This document shows positions 1 to 9,136 of a stretch of DNA of 32,543 nucleotides, piece by piece. Both the position numbers and the translations under genes were made by a program. The notes below the pieces were generated by a model. That model was not told the origin of the DNA, did no database searches, and worked only from the letters and a program-made list of their open reading frames with translations. Origin of the DNA: Chitinivibrionales bacterium (GTDB taxonomy: Bacteria > Fibrobacterota > Chitinivibrionia > Chitinivibrionales > WJKA01); assembly GCA_038247415.1 (NCBI GenBank), contig JBBRUX010000043.1:1-32543 (forward strand), given 5' to 3'. Positions within the stretch are counted from its first letter, which is position 1; each line of letters opens with the position of its first letter.

Positions 1-1
1 A

Positions 2-319
2 ACCGACCCGATGACAGGCAAACGCAGGGCAGTTGCTCCTCTTCGAACAACGAGTGTAGGCGTGCGTCCTGTTAGTCAACCAGAACAGGTAGCAGCCAAT
101 GAGCCAGTGCGATTAACTGCAATTATCTTTGATGATAAAACTCAGAAACATACTGCAATACTTATGGTTGATGAACGTTCGTTTTCTGTTGAAACGGGAG
201 ATAAAGTACTCGATAGAAGAGTGGGGGAGATCCTCGACCACGTTGTGACTATGGAGAGTGCAACCCGAACGTATCGCTATGATTTGTCGGGAGAACATGT
301 AGAGATTCTTAAAAATTGA
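2..319 (+). CDS. PilP/GspC-like pilus assembly protein, 5'-partial (C-terminal beta domain)
   Basis: Frame is open from position 2 (TDPM, resembling the PilP 'RDPF' motif). 'VRLTAIIFDD...AILMVDERSFSVETGDKVLDRRVGEI' is typical of the PilP/GspC HR domain. Lies directly upstream of a secretin. Confidence 0.6.
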   Translation, partial: TDPMTGKRRAVAPLRTTSVGVRPVSQPEQVAANEPVRLTAIIFDDKTQKHTAILMVDERSFSVETGDKVLDRRVGEILDHVVTMESATRTYRYDLSGEHVEILKN

Positions 320-357
320 CGGGTAGTGCAATACTAGCTTATTACGGAGACTAAGGT

Positions 358-1695
358 ATGAACTATACAATTGTGTTAATGCTTTTTCTATGCTTTGCAA
401 ATGTGCAAATAGCATGGGCTCAATCGGATACTCTTGCAACAGCAACTCCCAGTGGCGCTGCAGCAGCACGGGATAATCCCCGACTCAAAACACCTATTAC
501 CCTTGTTGCAAAAGACGCAAATTTGTCTGAAATCTTAAAGGTATTAGCCGATCGATCGGGCATGAATTTTGTGTCGGGGGAAGGGGTTTACAAAGAAAAG
601 GTTACTCTTGTTCTTAACAAAACTCCTCTTGATGAGGCAATTAATATAGTTGTTAGAGCGGTTGGGTTGTCCTACGAAATAATTGGCAACTCGGTTTTGG
701 TTGCAGAACCTGCAAAGCTTAAGGATGAAGTAGGACTATCGGGTTATGTAATAGATCTAAAATATGCTCCTGCCGCAGAAGTTGCTGCTATGCTTGCAGA
801 TTTGACAACCAAGGTAAAAGTTGACGAAGGCGGCAATCGCTTAGTGTGTTACACAAGCCCTCGTATTCTCGATGAAATATATAGAATTGTAAAGGCTGTT
901 GATCATCCTCATATTCTTGTTATGCTCGAAACGCGGCTTGTTGAAGTAAATGCAGATAATTTGCGCGCCTATGGTCTCGATTGGAATGCATTGTCCCCGG
1001 TTACGTCAAGCATAAGCTATCCGGCAACGCACCTTGCTCAGGGGATAAATTTTGATCAATGGACTCATTTACCTGTTAATTTTAATATTATTCTCGATCT
1101 TATGGCATCTAAAGGTGATGCAAAGATTCTTATGGATTCTAAACTCACAACAACCAATAATCGTGAAGCAAAACTAATGATTGGTGATGTTATACCCTAT
1201 ATTATTCAATCATATAACCTAACAACAGGCGGTGCTCCATCGCAGCAGATTCAAAAAGAGGAGGTGGGCGTAAAAATCACCATGACTCCTCATATCAACG
1301 AAGATAATCAGATCACCCTGGCACTTGCTCCAGAGGTGTCGTCGATTGTGGGGTATCGAGGTACCAATGCCGACCTGCCGCTTATTCGCGTTCGCAAGAC
1401 TCAAACAACGGTGCGGGTTGAAAGTGGGCAGACTGTTTTTTTAGCAGGGCTTTTGCAGGACGAGACAACTACCGAAATAAGAAAGCTGCCCATTCTTGGC
1501 GATTTGCCAATAATAGGATTCCCTTTTCAGCATAAAAAGACAATTACTAAAAGAACGAATTTAATTATTGAAATTACGCCGAGGATAATTACCGATCCAA
1601 AAGAAATTGCTTCACAAAAGCTAAGTATAGATTCTCTTAATGCAAAATCAAAGGCAATGGCAGAGCAGATTAAAATACCGTTATTGCTCAAATGA
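358..1695 (+). CDS. Secretin (PilQ/GspD family): signal peptide, STN/N0 domain, one N domain, secretin domain
   Basis: Signal peptide ending AWA-Q. 'ITLVAKDANLSEILKVLA...GMNFV' (N0), 'LKYAPAAEVA...DEGGNRLV' (N domain), 'GVKITMTPHI', 'KLPILGDLPIIGFPF...LIIEITPRII' (secretin). GGAG upstream. Confidence 0.92.
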   Translation: MNYTIVLMLFLCFANVQIAWAQSDTLATATPSGAAAARDNPRLKTPITLVAKDANLSEILKVLADRSGMNFVSGEGVYKEKVTLVLNKTPLDEAINIVVRAVGLSYEIIGNSVLVAEPAKLKDEVGLSGYVIDLKYAPAAEVAAMLADLTTKVKVDEGGNRLVCYTSPRILDEIYRIVKAVDHPHILVMLETRLVEVNADNLRAYGLDWNALSPVTSSISYPATHLAQGINFDQWTHLPVNFNIILDLMASKGDAKILMDSKLTTTNNREAKLMIGDVIPYIIQSYNLTTGGAPSQQIQKEEVGVKITMTPHINEDNQITLALAPEVSSIVGYRGTNADLPLIRVRKTQTTVRVESGQTVFLAGLLQDETTTEIRKLPILGDLPIIGFPFQHKKTITKRTNLIIEITPRIITDPKEIASQKLSIDSLNAKSKAMAEQIKIPLLLK

Positions 1696-2499
1696 GAGAA
1701 TTGCAGCTTCAACCGTCGGTTGGTGTTGAATTGAAGTGCCGATTACCATTTCTTTAAATGATTTAATGATGTGCGCTTGAAGGCCGGCAATTTTAACGAT
1801 TCCTTGGTGCTCTTTGAATGCAGACGTTGCCGTAACGATTTCTTCCCAACCTCCGCTTGTTATTGAGCTTACTGCTGTTGCATCGAGAATGACGCGTTTG
1901 GTTTTTCCATTTTTAAAGTAGGTAATCGCATCGGTAAATGTTTTTGAGGTTTGAGCAGAAAGCGTGCCGGTGAGTTTGAGAATAAGAATTTGGTCGTCAT
2001 GAAGTGGCCCATAGTCGGTGACGGTGCTGTTTTCGGAGGGTTGAACGATCGCCTTAAAGAGAATCGTTTCCCGGGAGCTTGCGCTGCTTTCGATAGGAAT
2101 AGAAAAATCGGCAAAAGGCGACTGCTCGTTTGGAACATCAACTGGTTCTATGAGCGGTGGTTGTGCAGTCTCAAAGGATGCTGTTGAAAAAGCGATTGTC
2201 TGATCGAGGGTAATGTCGCTTATAATAGTAAGCGTGTGCGTTCCAAGAATAAAAGAATCTGAGGTCTTAAGTGTTGCCTGGCTAATACGTTTACCTTGAA
2301 CTGCGGTTCCATTAAGTGTTTTAAGATCAGAAAGGAGCCAGCTTTCGTTTGCATAAGCCAGCGTCGCATGAAAGCGTGAGACTTTCGCATCGGAGATTAC
2401 TACCATATTGGTGCGGGCGCGGCCAATAGTGACAGGGTACTGCGAAAGGGTATACTTAACGGGATCTTTGCCACTGGTTGTAATAATGAGGTAATGCAT
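1681..2499 (-). CDS. FHA domain + STAS (anti-sigma factor antagonist) protein
   Basis: FHA motifs 'TIGR...VSRFHA...DLKTLNGT'. Acidic Pro/Thr linker. C-terminal STAS 'ILKLTGTL...RVILDATAVSSITSGGW...VKIAGLQAHI...TVEAAI'. Overlaps the secretin 3' end by 15 bp. Confidence 0.85.
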   Translation of the reverse strand: MHYLIITTSGKDPVKYTLSQYPVTIGRARTNMVVISDAKVSRFHATLAYANESWLLSDLKTLNGTAVQGKRISQATLKTSDSFILGTHTLTIISDITLDQTIAFSTASFETAQPPLIEPVDVPNEQSPFADFSIPIESSASSRETILFKAIVQPSENSTVTDYGPLHDDQILILKLTGTLSAQTSKTFTDAITYFKNGKTKRVILDATAVSSITSGGWEEIVTATSAFKEHQGIVKIAGLQAHIIKSFKEMVIGTSIQHQPTVEAAILSFEQ

Positions 2500-2594
2500 A
2501 AGAATTCCTTTTACTAAAAATATACGATCGTGAGCAACTCTGCCAGCGCAGAGGAAAATAAAAAAATGATTGGCATTGCAGCAAGGAGTATGGT

Positions 2595-3428
2595 ATGGAT
2601 CGAAGTTCGATTATCAAGCAGGTTGGTTTAAGCTCAGATGATAAGCGTTTGCAGCAGATTCCGTGGCAAAAAATAGAAAATGAAGCCGATGAATATGCAT
2701 CTCTTCTACTCGTGCTTTCCGAATATACAGAATCTATCGCAATGCGCTTACATCAGTTCAAGGCCGCGTGCGGGCACAAGGTACAAGTCTTAACTGTTAA
2801 TGAATTTATCGAGAAAAAGGTACTTGCGTTTCTTGATCAAACACAAATTATACATGAAACCTCTCTTGATGCGGCAGTTATAGACCTCTATTTTATTGAC
2901 AAAAACGCATTGCATTCCCTGCATCAGAATATTATCAAAACCTGGAATCTAACGCATGATCCTACCTTGATGTGCCCCGCGGCTGACCCCCTTGGATTTG
3001 CTAGCTTTGCAAAAGACATTGGAGCTGAAATCTTTCACCCTCGTGGGACACAAACCTATGTCGAATATACTTTGGAATCAAATCTCTATAAAGCGCCAAT
3101 GAAGGTAGTGGTACGTGCTCGTTCTTTGGGCGAAGTCTATTTAGCAGAAGTCAAACAATGCCTTGCCAAGAGAGAATATAGTGCCATGTCGGCAATCGTG
3201 CAGGCTGCAGCCCTGATGGGAGACGCACTTCATTCTTTCATAATGCAAACCCCACCAGTTTGCGAATCGAACACGCCTGTTGTGCAAAAGCCGGGCAAAG
3301 AGAGTGGGGTATTTCCCCGTAGTGTTACTGCCACAGCGCAAGCGGCAGTTTCCGAGAGCTTGGGATCTGATGATATGGCAGCAACAATGGCAATATCGAT
3401 GGAAACGTTTCGAGCTTCTAGAAAATGA
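2595..3428 (+). CDS. Hypothetical protein, first gene of the kinase/PilB operon
   Basis: 277-aa ORF with AAGGAG RBS, 12 bp before the kinase gene. No recognisable domain; low-complexity Thr-containing C-terminal tail. Confidence 0.75.
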   Translation: MDRSSIIKQVGLSSDDKRLQQIPWQKIENEADEYASLLLVLSEYTESIAMRLHQFKAACGHKVQVLTVNEFIEKKVLAFLDQTQIIHETSLDAAVIDLYFIDKNALHSLHQNIIKTWNLTHDPTLMCPAADPLGFASFAKDIGAEIFHPRGTQTYVEYTLESNLYKAPMKVVVRARSLGEVYLAEVKQCLAKREYSAMSAIVQAAALMGDALHSFIMQTPPVCESNTPVVQKPGKESGVFPRSVTATAQAAVSESLGSDDMAATMAISMETFRASRK

Positions 3429-3440
3429 TAGGAGGCCAGG

Positions 3441-4382
3441 ATGAATAGCAACGAACAAGCCCTCTATGGAGAATATCTGGGACGAACAATTGGTGGCGTA
3501 ACCATTGTGTCATTTATTGGTGCTGGGGCAACATCTGCAGTTTTTTCAGGATTTCAACGAACCCTCAAACGTCAAGTTGCTGTTAAAGTGCTTCCCAAGG
3601 CAACGAAGTCGGTTATTGCCAATCACGACCTCTTTATGCTAGAAGCAGAGCTTGTTGCTCAGCTTCATCATCAAAACATTGTACCAATTTACGAAATGGG
3701 TGAAGATGATCAGTGCTATTACCAGATTGTGCAATTAGTGTCCGGCGAAGATTTACAGCATTTAATGCAGCGAACATCAAAAAACCCGATCCCGCAACGA
3801 AAAAAGTTACCACTTAAGCACGTTATCGAATACCTTTCACAAGTTTTAGATGGCCTTGCATATGCGCATGCAGAAGGTGTGGTTCATAGAGATATTAAGC
3901 CCGGGAATATCCTCATCGACACTAAAAGCAACCGCCCGCTCATTACCGATTTTGGATTGGCAATTACCCGGTGGTCGCCACAAAAAACCAATAGTCAAAC
4001 CATAGAGGGATCTCCTTTGTATATGGCTCCGGAGTATGTGCGCGGCGCCGCTCCCACTGCGGGTTGCGATATTTACGCGACGGGAATCATCTTGTATCAA
4101 CTCATTGTAGGTGCCCTCCCTTTGACTCAGCGCGATCCTTTTAAGCTGCTACAAAAAAAATATGAACACCCCGAAGCGCTCTTTGATCTAACGCCGCGTC
4201 AGGTAGATCCCGCTATGCCTTTTGGGCTAGAACGAATTATCCAAAAAGCAATCGATATAAATCCTTTGCAGCGCTACCAGACGGCGCAGGAATTTAAAGC
4301 CGCATTGAGGACATTTGAAACTGAAATGCACACAACTGTCAATGCGGTAAGCGAGGTAGTGTATGCATACATCGGAAACTGA
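3441..4382 (+). CDS. Soluble Hanks-type Ser/Thr protein kinase
   Basis: GAGATSAV loop, VAVK, HRDIKPGN, DFG, GSPLYMAPE, DIYATG all intact. No TM segment. AGGAGG RBS. Confidence 0.95.
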   Translation: MNSNEQALYGEYLGRTIGGVTIVSFIGAGATSAVFSGFQRTLKRQVAVKVLPKATKSVIANHDLFMLEAELVAQLHHQNIVPIYEMGEDDQCYYQIVQLVSGEDLQHLMQRTSKNPIPQRKKLPLKHVIEYLSQVLDGLAYAHAEGVVHRDIKPGNILIDTKSNRPLITDFGLAITRWSPQKTNSQTIEGSPLYMAPEYVRGAAPTAGCDIYATGIILYQLIVGALPLTQRDPFKLLQKKYEHPEALFDLTPRQVDPAMPFGLERIIQKAIDINPLQRYQTAQEFKAALRTFETEMHTTVNAVSEVVYAYIGN

Positions 4383-6993
4383 AACCCTAACTCAGCAACA
4401 AGTCGACCTCCTCGTGCATAAACTGTGGGTAGCCTATAATGCCTATGCTATTTATGGACGTTCGCATCCGTTATCTCTTGAGGGTACCCATTCTTTTTAT
4501 ACAGTGCTCTCTGAACTTTTTTTGGCTCTTGCAGATATCACCATTCATTATGAGCAACAAATTTTGCTCTGTGAGCAATGGCGTGTGTCACCAAAATCAT
4601 TTGGGGTTCGTTTGGTATCCCGCCTGCGCGATGCCCATATATCGTCGCTTACGTTTAAGCGAGGGATTGAGTTTGTTGACTGCCGAGAAATACTACTTGC
4701 GCTGTGCGATGCTAAAAAATATCCTTCTGTCGATGATCTTACCCAGGCGCTTAATGAGAGTAGCGTCAAGGGATTCTTGTTTAATTACATTACCTATCAG
4801 AAAGTAACGCGTGATGAAAATGTGGTGGCTAAAAACATGTCATCGCTTGTTTCTTTGTTGCATCTGGATACCATTTCAAGCGCAGAATCTGTTCCTACGC
4901 AAGCGCGGCAGGCCGATGCGCTCAGTGGCACACCCGATTCTTCTTCATCCTTGCTTACCCGCATAAAAATATTGCGCGAAGAAATTGTTGCTCAAACTTT
5001 TACCCAACCGCTTTCGATAGAGGAGATTATCCAGACATTAGGAATATTACGTGAAAGTGTGCTCGAAGAAGTGCGTATGGCAATACATTCTGGTAATCAA
5101 ACAACTCAAATTGAAGTTGTGAGCGAGCTCGAAAAGCTTACCGAAGAAATTACCATTCGTATTGTGTGCGAAGAATTTCGCGCAGGAAATAAAGCACCAA
5201 CACGCCTTGCGCATATTACCATTAAATTGATTCCAGATCCCGATTCGCTCAAACGACTGCTTCCAAATCTGAAAGCTGCGCTTCTTAAAGAAGGTATGCC
5301 GCTTGTTGACTATTTCGCGTATGTAAAAGAGCTATCACTTATTGGAGAGAGCGATAGGCTCTCAGAGATTTTGGCCACGGCCTCAGAATCCGTTGGTGTA
5401 ACGGTTTCTGAATTACTCGATGAAATGCAACGAAATCCTGAAATCGCAGTCAAGCTTATCCTCTTATCATCAGAAATTCAATCGCTGCCGGGAAATTCAG
5501 AAGAGAAATTATCTGAAATGATTAGCGGATATATCAATTCAATGGGATCTGCGTTGTCTGGTTCCGGTAGCGATATGCAACAAAGCGAATCGCAATTATC
5601 AATAAGTTGGCTCAAATTTGAAGCAATGATGCTCGACAGTCTTACCGAAAAGAATCTTTCCGAAAAAAGTTTATCGCGCATTTCATCAGATTTATCGGGT
5701 ATTCAAATTCTAACAACGCTTGGAGAAAATAAGTTCGGAAATGGAGGGGACGAAACGACCGCTCCTGAGGTTTTGGTGCAGTACAAGGCGTCTACTTTTA
5801 TACCAGATACAGTCGGAAAAGAGGGGTTACCTGCTTCTGCAGGGTCAGTGTCTACTACTCTGCAATCGGAATTGGCTCCGCTTCTTGTATTGGCAGCACA
5901 AACCGGAGCACATCTTGGATCAGTTGACAAAGCCACTCAAAGTCTTGTGTGCACATATCTTGCCGAATTTTTGGCTACGGCTGCATCGAGTACCGATTTA
6001 CAGAAAGGTTCTCTCGAAGGTGGGACAGAGTTTGATGGTATGGTTAGCATTTTTGTTGATAACCTCGCCAAAGAGCTAGCGTCGCATGGCATCGAAGAAA
6101 GCCGTATCAGGGCATTGACAGATCATCTTGTGCATACTCTCACTAAACTCCGCCACGAGCAGAGCGGATTTTTTGATGAAGCTCCAAACCACAATTCTAT
6201 CAAAAAGGGTATTTCGCTTCAAAATGCATTTGTTTACCTGGCGCATCATACAAGCAAGGATTCAAAAAATTCCGAGATCGTGCTCCACAACCAAAACGGA
6301 TCGGGATCATTAGGAACGCTTGCCAGTGTCTTGACCTTTGCTGCTTCCATGGGGAGCACAATGCATCCCGTTGAGGCTAGTTCGTGGGATGCTATCCCCG
6401 CGCATGTTTGGAAGGAAGTTGCCGCTACAAATGAATCTTTAGATGCGAAAGTAGACGTTCGGCCTGCATCTAAGAATTCTATTCGCCAAGACCGAATCCA
6501 AATGCCAAAAATGGTTCAAAAATCTAAAGAGTTCCAGGTTGAAATTGATAGGGAAATTAAGCGACATCGGCGTTATCAGACCCCCTTTGCAGCCATTGGA
6601 CTAACGTATGTTATGACAGAAGGTGAATCTGAATTAAAAAGCGTTTCCGAAGACATAAGGGCATTACTCTTTCCCAAAGTTTCTGCCGTGATCGCCGATC
6701 ACTTTCGTGATTTAGATAAAGCAGGAATGCTTGGAACTACTGTGAGTGGAAATTTTTGTGTTCTGCTTCCCATGACTTCGCAAAGGGGTGCGACAATTGC
6801 GCATGAGAGGCTGTATCCCAGTTTGCAAGAGGTTAGTGCGCAAGCAATATCTGGTGTGTTCTGTAAACCGATAAGTGTGCTCGTTCTCTATGATGGGTCG
6901 ATTTCTCCCGATGCTGCATCGTTTACATCAGAAATAAAGAAAAAGCTCCGGGCAGGTATAAAAAAAGCTAACGCAAAGGTTAATCATGATTGA
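4363..6993 (+). CDS. Large helical protein with N-terminal 'YxxxHP' domain and C-terminal degenerate GGDEF domain
   Basis: N-terminal 'AIYGRSHP...ISSLTFKRGI' resembles N-domains of HD-GYP/HEAT proteins. C-terminal 'IDREIKRHRRYQTPFAAI...FRDLDKAGML...FCVLLPMT...GATIAHERL' is GGDEF-like but lacks GG(D/E)EF. GAGG RBS; overlaps both neighbours. Confidence 0.75.
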   Translation: MHTSETETLTQQQVDLLVHKLWVAYNAYAIYGRSHPLSLEGTHSFYTVLSELFLALADITIHYEQQILLCEQWRVSPKSFGVRLVSRLRDAHISSLTFKRGIEFVDCREILLALCDAKKYPSVDDLTQALNESSVKGFLFNYITYQKVTRDENVVAKNMSSLVSLLHLDTISSAESVPTQARQADALSGTPDSSSSLLTRIKILREEIVAQTFTQPLSIEEIIQTLGILRESVLEEVRMAIHSGNQTTQIEVVSELEKLTEEITIRIVCEEFRAGNKAPTRLAHITIKLIPDPDSLKRLLPNLKAALLKEGMPLVDYFAYVKELSLIGESDRLSEILATASESVGVTVSELLDEMQRNPEIAVKLILLSSEIQSLPGNSEEKLSEMISGYINSMGSALSGSGSDMQQSESQLSISWLKFEAMMLDSLTEKNLSEKSLSRISSDLSGIQILTTLGENKFGNGGDETTAPEVLVQYKASTFIPDTVGKEGLPASAGSVSTTLQSELAPLLVLAAQTGAHLGSVDKATQSLVCTYLAEFLATAASSTDLQKGSLEGGTEFDGMVSIFVDNLAKELASHGIEESRIRALTDHLVHTLTKLRHEQSGFFDEAPNHNSIKKGISLQNAFVYLAHHTSKDSKNSEIVLHNQNGSGSLGTLASVLTFAASMGSTMHPVEASSWDAIPAHVWKEVAATNESLDAKVDVRPASKNSIRQDRIQMPKMVQKSKEFQVEIDREIKRHRRYQTPFAAIGLTYVMTEGESELKSVSEDIRALLFPKVSAVIADHFRDLDKAGMLGTTVSGNFCVLLPMTSQRGATIAHERLYPSLQEVSAQAISGVFCKPISVLVLYDGSISPDAASFTSEIKKKLRAGIKKANAKVNHD

Positions 6994-9124
6994 TTTACAA
7001 ACTCATACAATGCCTAAAACAACGCTGTGCATTCTTACCCAGGTTCAAAGCAATGTTGGGCCAGTCGTTAAGCTTATTAATGCAACGGAATCGGGAGATC
7101 ATGTTTCGGTAACGCAAGGCATCCTAGGCGATACATTTACCGAGAGTCCCGAAATTGTAATCGCCGTGCATACAGCAGGCCATGATGTAAATGACTATTG
7201 CGAAAAGGTAAAAATACTTACATCCATGGCGATAACAAGCATTGTGATTGCAATGGTTCCAAAAGATTTCCCTCAAGAGCAGATAGATGATTCGCTTATA
7301 CTGTGTGTAGAACAAGTTCTTCGATACCCTATGCCTGGACCAGACTTTAGCAGGCATATCATGACCCATGTTGCATCTTTGCGCATAAAAATAGAACGCG
7401 AAAAATCTCTGACCGATCTAACGCGCAATCAGGTTCAGTTTGGTGAGTTGCTTGTAGAGAATCATATTATTTCTCCGGAACAGCTTGCACGTGCACTCGA
7501 CTATCAGAAGGGTGCCGATCAAAGGTTGGGAGACCTCTTAGTATTGCTTGGATTTATTACCGAAGAACAAAAAGTTCATTTTCTTTCGAGTCAATTATCT
7601 GTGGGTATTGCATCTGCTCGTCAGTATGCAGCCACAGACCTAGCTACGGTTTCTTTAATTCCCGAACATCTTGCTCGGCGATACACCTGTATTGCGCTTG
7701 AACGGCATGAAAAGAGGCTTCGTGTAGCCATGGTGGATGTGCTCGATTTGCATTTGCTCGATTCCTTGCGAGATACGACTAATTTGTCCATCGACCCTTT
7801 GCTTGGCATTAGCGATGATATCCAAAGAACTATCGATAGGTGCTACCAGGATATTGCTTCACAAAAAGACGCATCCATGCTCATTGCCGATCTTACCGAT
7901 TCTGTCGAATATGTAAAAAATGGTTCCGAAGAACTCAGTGCCGAGGAAGCTGCTGCAGCAGGTGCAGAGCTCGGGATTATCAAGCTAGTTAATTTACTGA
8001 TAGCACATGCAATACGAGACAGGGCAAGTGATATTCATATCGAACCTATGAGCGAGTCATTATCGATACGCTATCGAATCGATGGTGAATTGCATACAGT
8101 AATGTCTCCCCCTAAAAGATCGCACTCTGCAATATTAACAAGAATAAAAATATTGTCGGACTTAGACATTGCAGAACGGAGGCTTCCCCAAGATGGCCGT
8201 ATGGTAGCCAAAATAGGGAGTCGAGAGGTAGATATTCGGGTCTCTATTTTGCCAACAGTTTTTGGAGAAAAAGCGGTGCTTCGTATTCTCGATAAAGAAG
8301 CATTCGAAAAAAGTGTTGCAAATCTTGGGTTTTCGCATGATGATCAGCTTGTTTTTAAGAAGAATGTTGTAAAGCCGTATGGAATGATAATTGTAACAGG
8401 TCCCACAGGTTCTGGAAAATCAACAACTTTATATTCTGGCATACAATCGATAAAAAATGTAACACGAAATATCGTTACGGTGGAAGATCCTGTGGAATTT
8501 CATATCGAAGGGGTTAACCAGATTCAGGTTAACAACAAGATAGGATTGACTTTTGAAAGTGCCTTGCGCTCGATTTTGCGGCAAGATCCCGATGTTATCT
8601 TAATTGGCGAAATACGCGATGCTGAAACAGCCGATATTGCCGTTAAAATGGCACTTACCGGGCACCTTGTTTTTTCTACATTGCATACCAATGACGCAGC
8701 CAGTAGTATCGCCCGTTTTGTAGACATTGGTATTCCACCGCTCTTGCTTGCATCGTCGCTTAATCTTATTATTGCCCAACGGCTGGTTCGAAAGATATGC
8801 GCTAATTGTAAAGTTTCGTATACGCCAGAAGATGAATTGCTCGAACAACTAGATCTTATAAAGCATGCAGCACCTGTCTTTTATAAAGGCGAGGGTTGTG
8901 TACATTGTAATGGTATCGGCTATCTGGGTCGATGTGGCATATTTGAAATGATGCCCATCACAAAAGAGATTAGGACCCTCATTTTGCGTGGTGCACCATC
9001 TATGGATATTGCAGCAAGCGCAGAAGCTGCAGGCATGAAGACGCTGCGTCAAGCAGGAATTGATCTTGCTTTGCAAGGATTTACAACAATAGAACAAATT
9101 ATTGCTGCAACAACAGAACTGTAA
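6986..9124 (+). CDS. pilB: PilB/GspE-family assembly ATPase with N-terminal pseudo-receiver and MshEN domains
   Basis: ASDIHIEP, LDIAERRLPQDG, Walker A GPTGSGKST, TVEDPVE, LRQDPDVILIGEIRD, TGHLVFSTLHTN, and Zn-binding CANC/CVHC. Tandem MshEN-like motifs at about 7436-7597. Confidence 0.92.
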   Translation: MIDLQTHTMPKTTLCILTQVQSNVGPVVKLINATESGDHVSVTQGILGDTFTESPEIVIAVHTAGHDVNDYCEKVKILTSMAITSIVIAMVPKDFPQEQIDDSLILCVEQVLRYPMPGPDFSRHIMTHVASLRIKIEREKSLTDLTRNQVQFGELLVENHIISPEQLARALDYQKGADQRLGDLLVLLGFITEEQKVHFLSSQLSVGIASARQYAATDLATVSLIPEHLARRYTCIALERHEKRLRVAMVDVLDLHLLDSLRDTTNLSIDPLLGISDDIQRTIDRCYQDIASQKDASMLIADLTDSVEYVKNGSEELSAEEAAAAGAELGIIKLVNLLIAHAIRDRASDIHIEPMSESLSIRYRIDGELHTVMSPPKRSHSAILTRIKILSDLDIAERRLPQDGRMVAKIGSREVDIRVSILPTVFGEKAVLRILDKEAFEKSVANLGFSHDDQLVFKKNVVKPYGMIIVTGPTGSGKSTTLYSGIQSIKNVTRNIVTVEDPVEFHIEGVNQIQVNNKIGLTFESALRSILRQDPDVILIGEIRDAETADIAVKMALTGHLVFSTLHTNDAASSIARFVDIGIPPLLLASSLNLIIAQRLVRKICANCKVSYTPEDELLEQLDLIKHAAPVFYKGEGCVHCNGIGYLGRCGIFEMMPITKEIRTLILRGAPSMDIAASAEAAGMKTLRQAGIDLALQGFTTIEQIIAATTEL

Positions 9125-9136
9125 CAAGGAGAACGT

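Noticed and set aside
2537..2585. CTCTGC-cagc-GCAGAG hairpin and TGGCA..TTGC words as a terminator or sigma-54 promoter in the divergent gap
   Set aside because: No U-tract downstream of the hairpin on either strand, and GG/GC spacing does not fit -24/-12.
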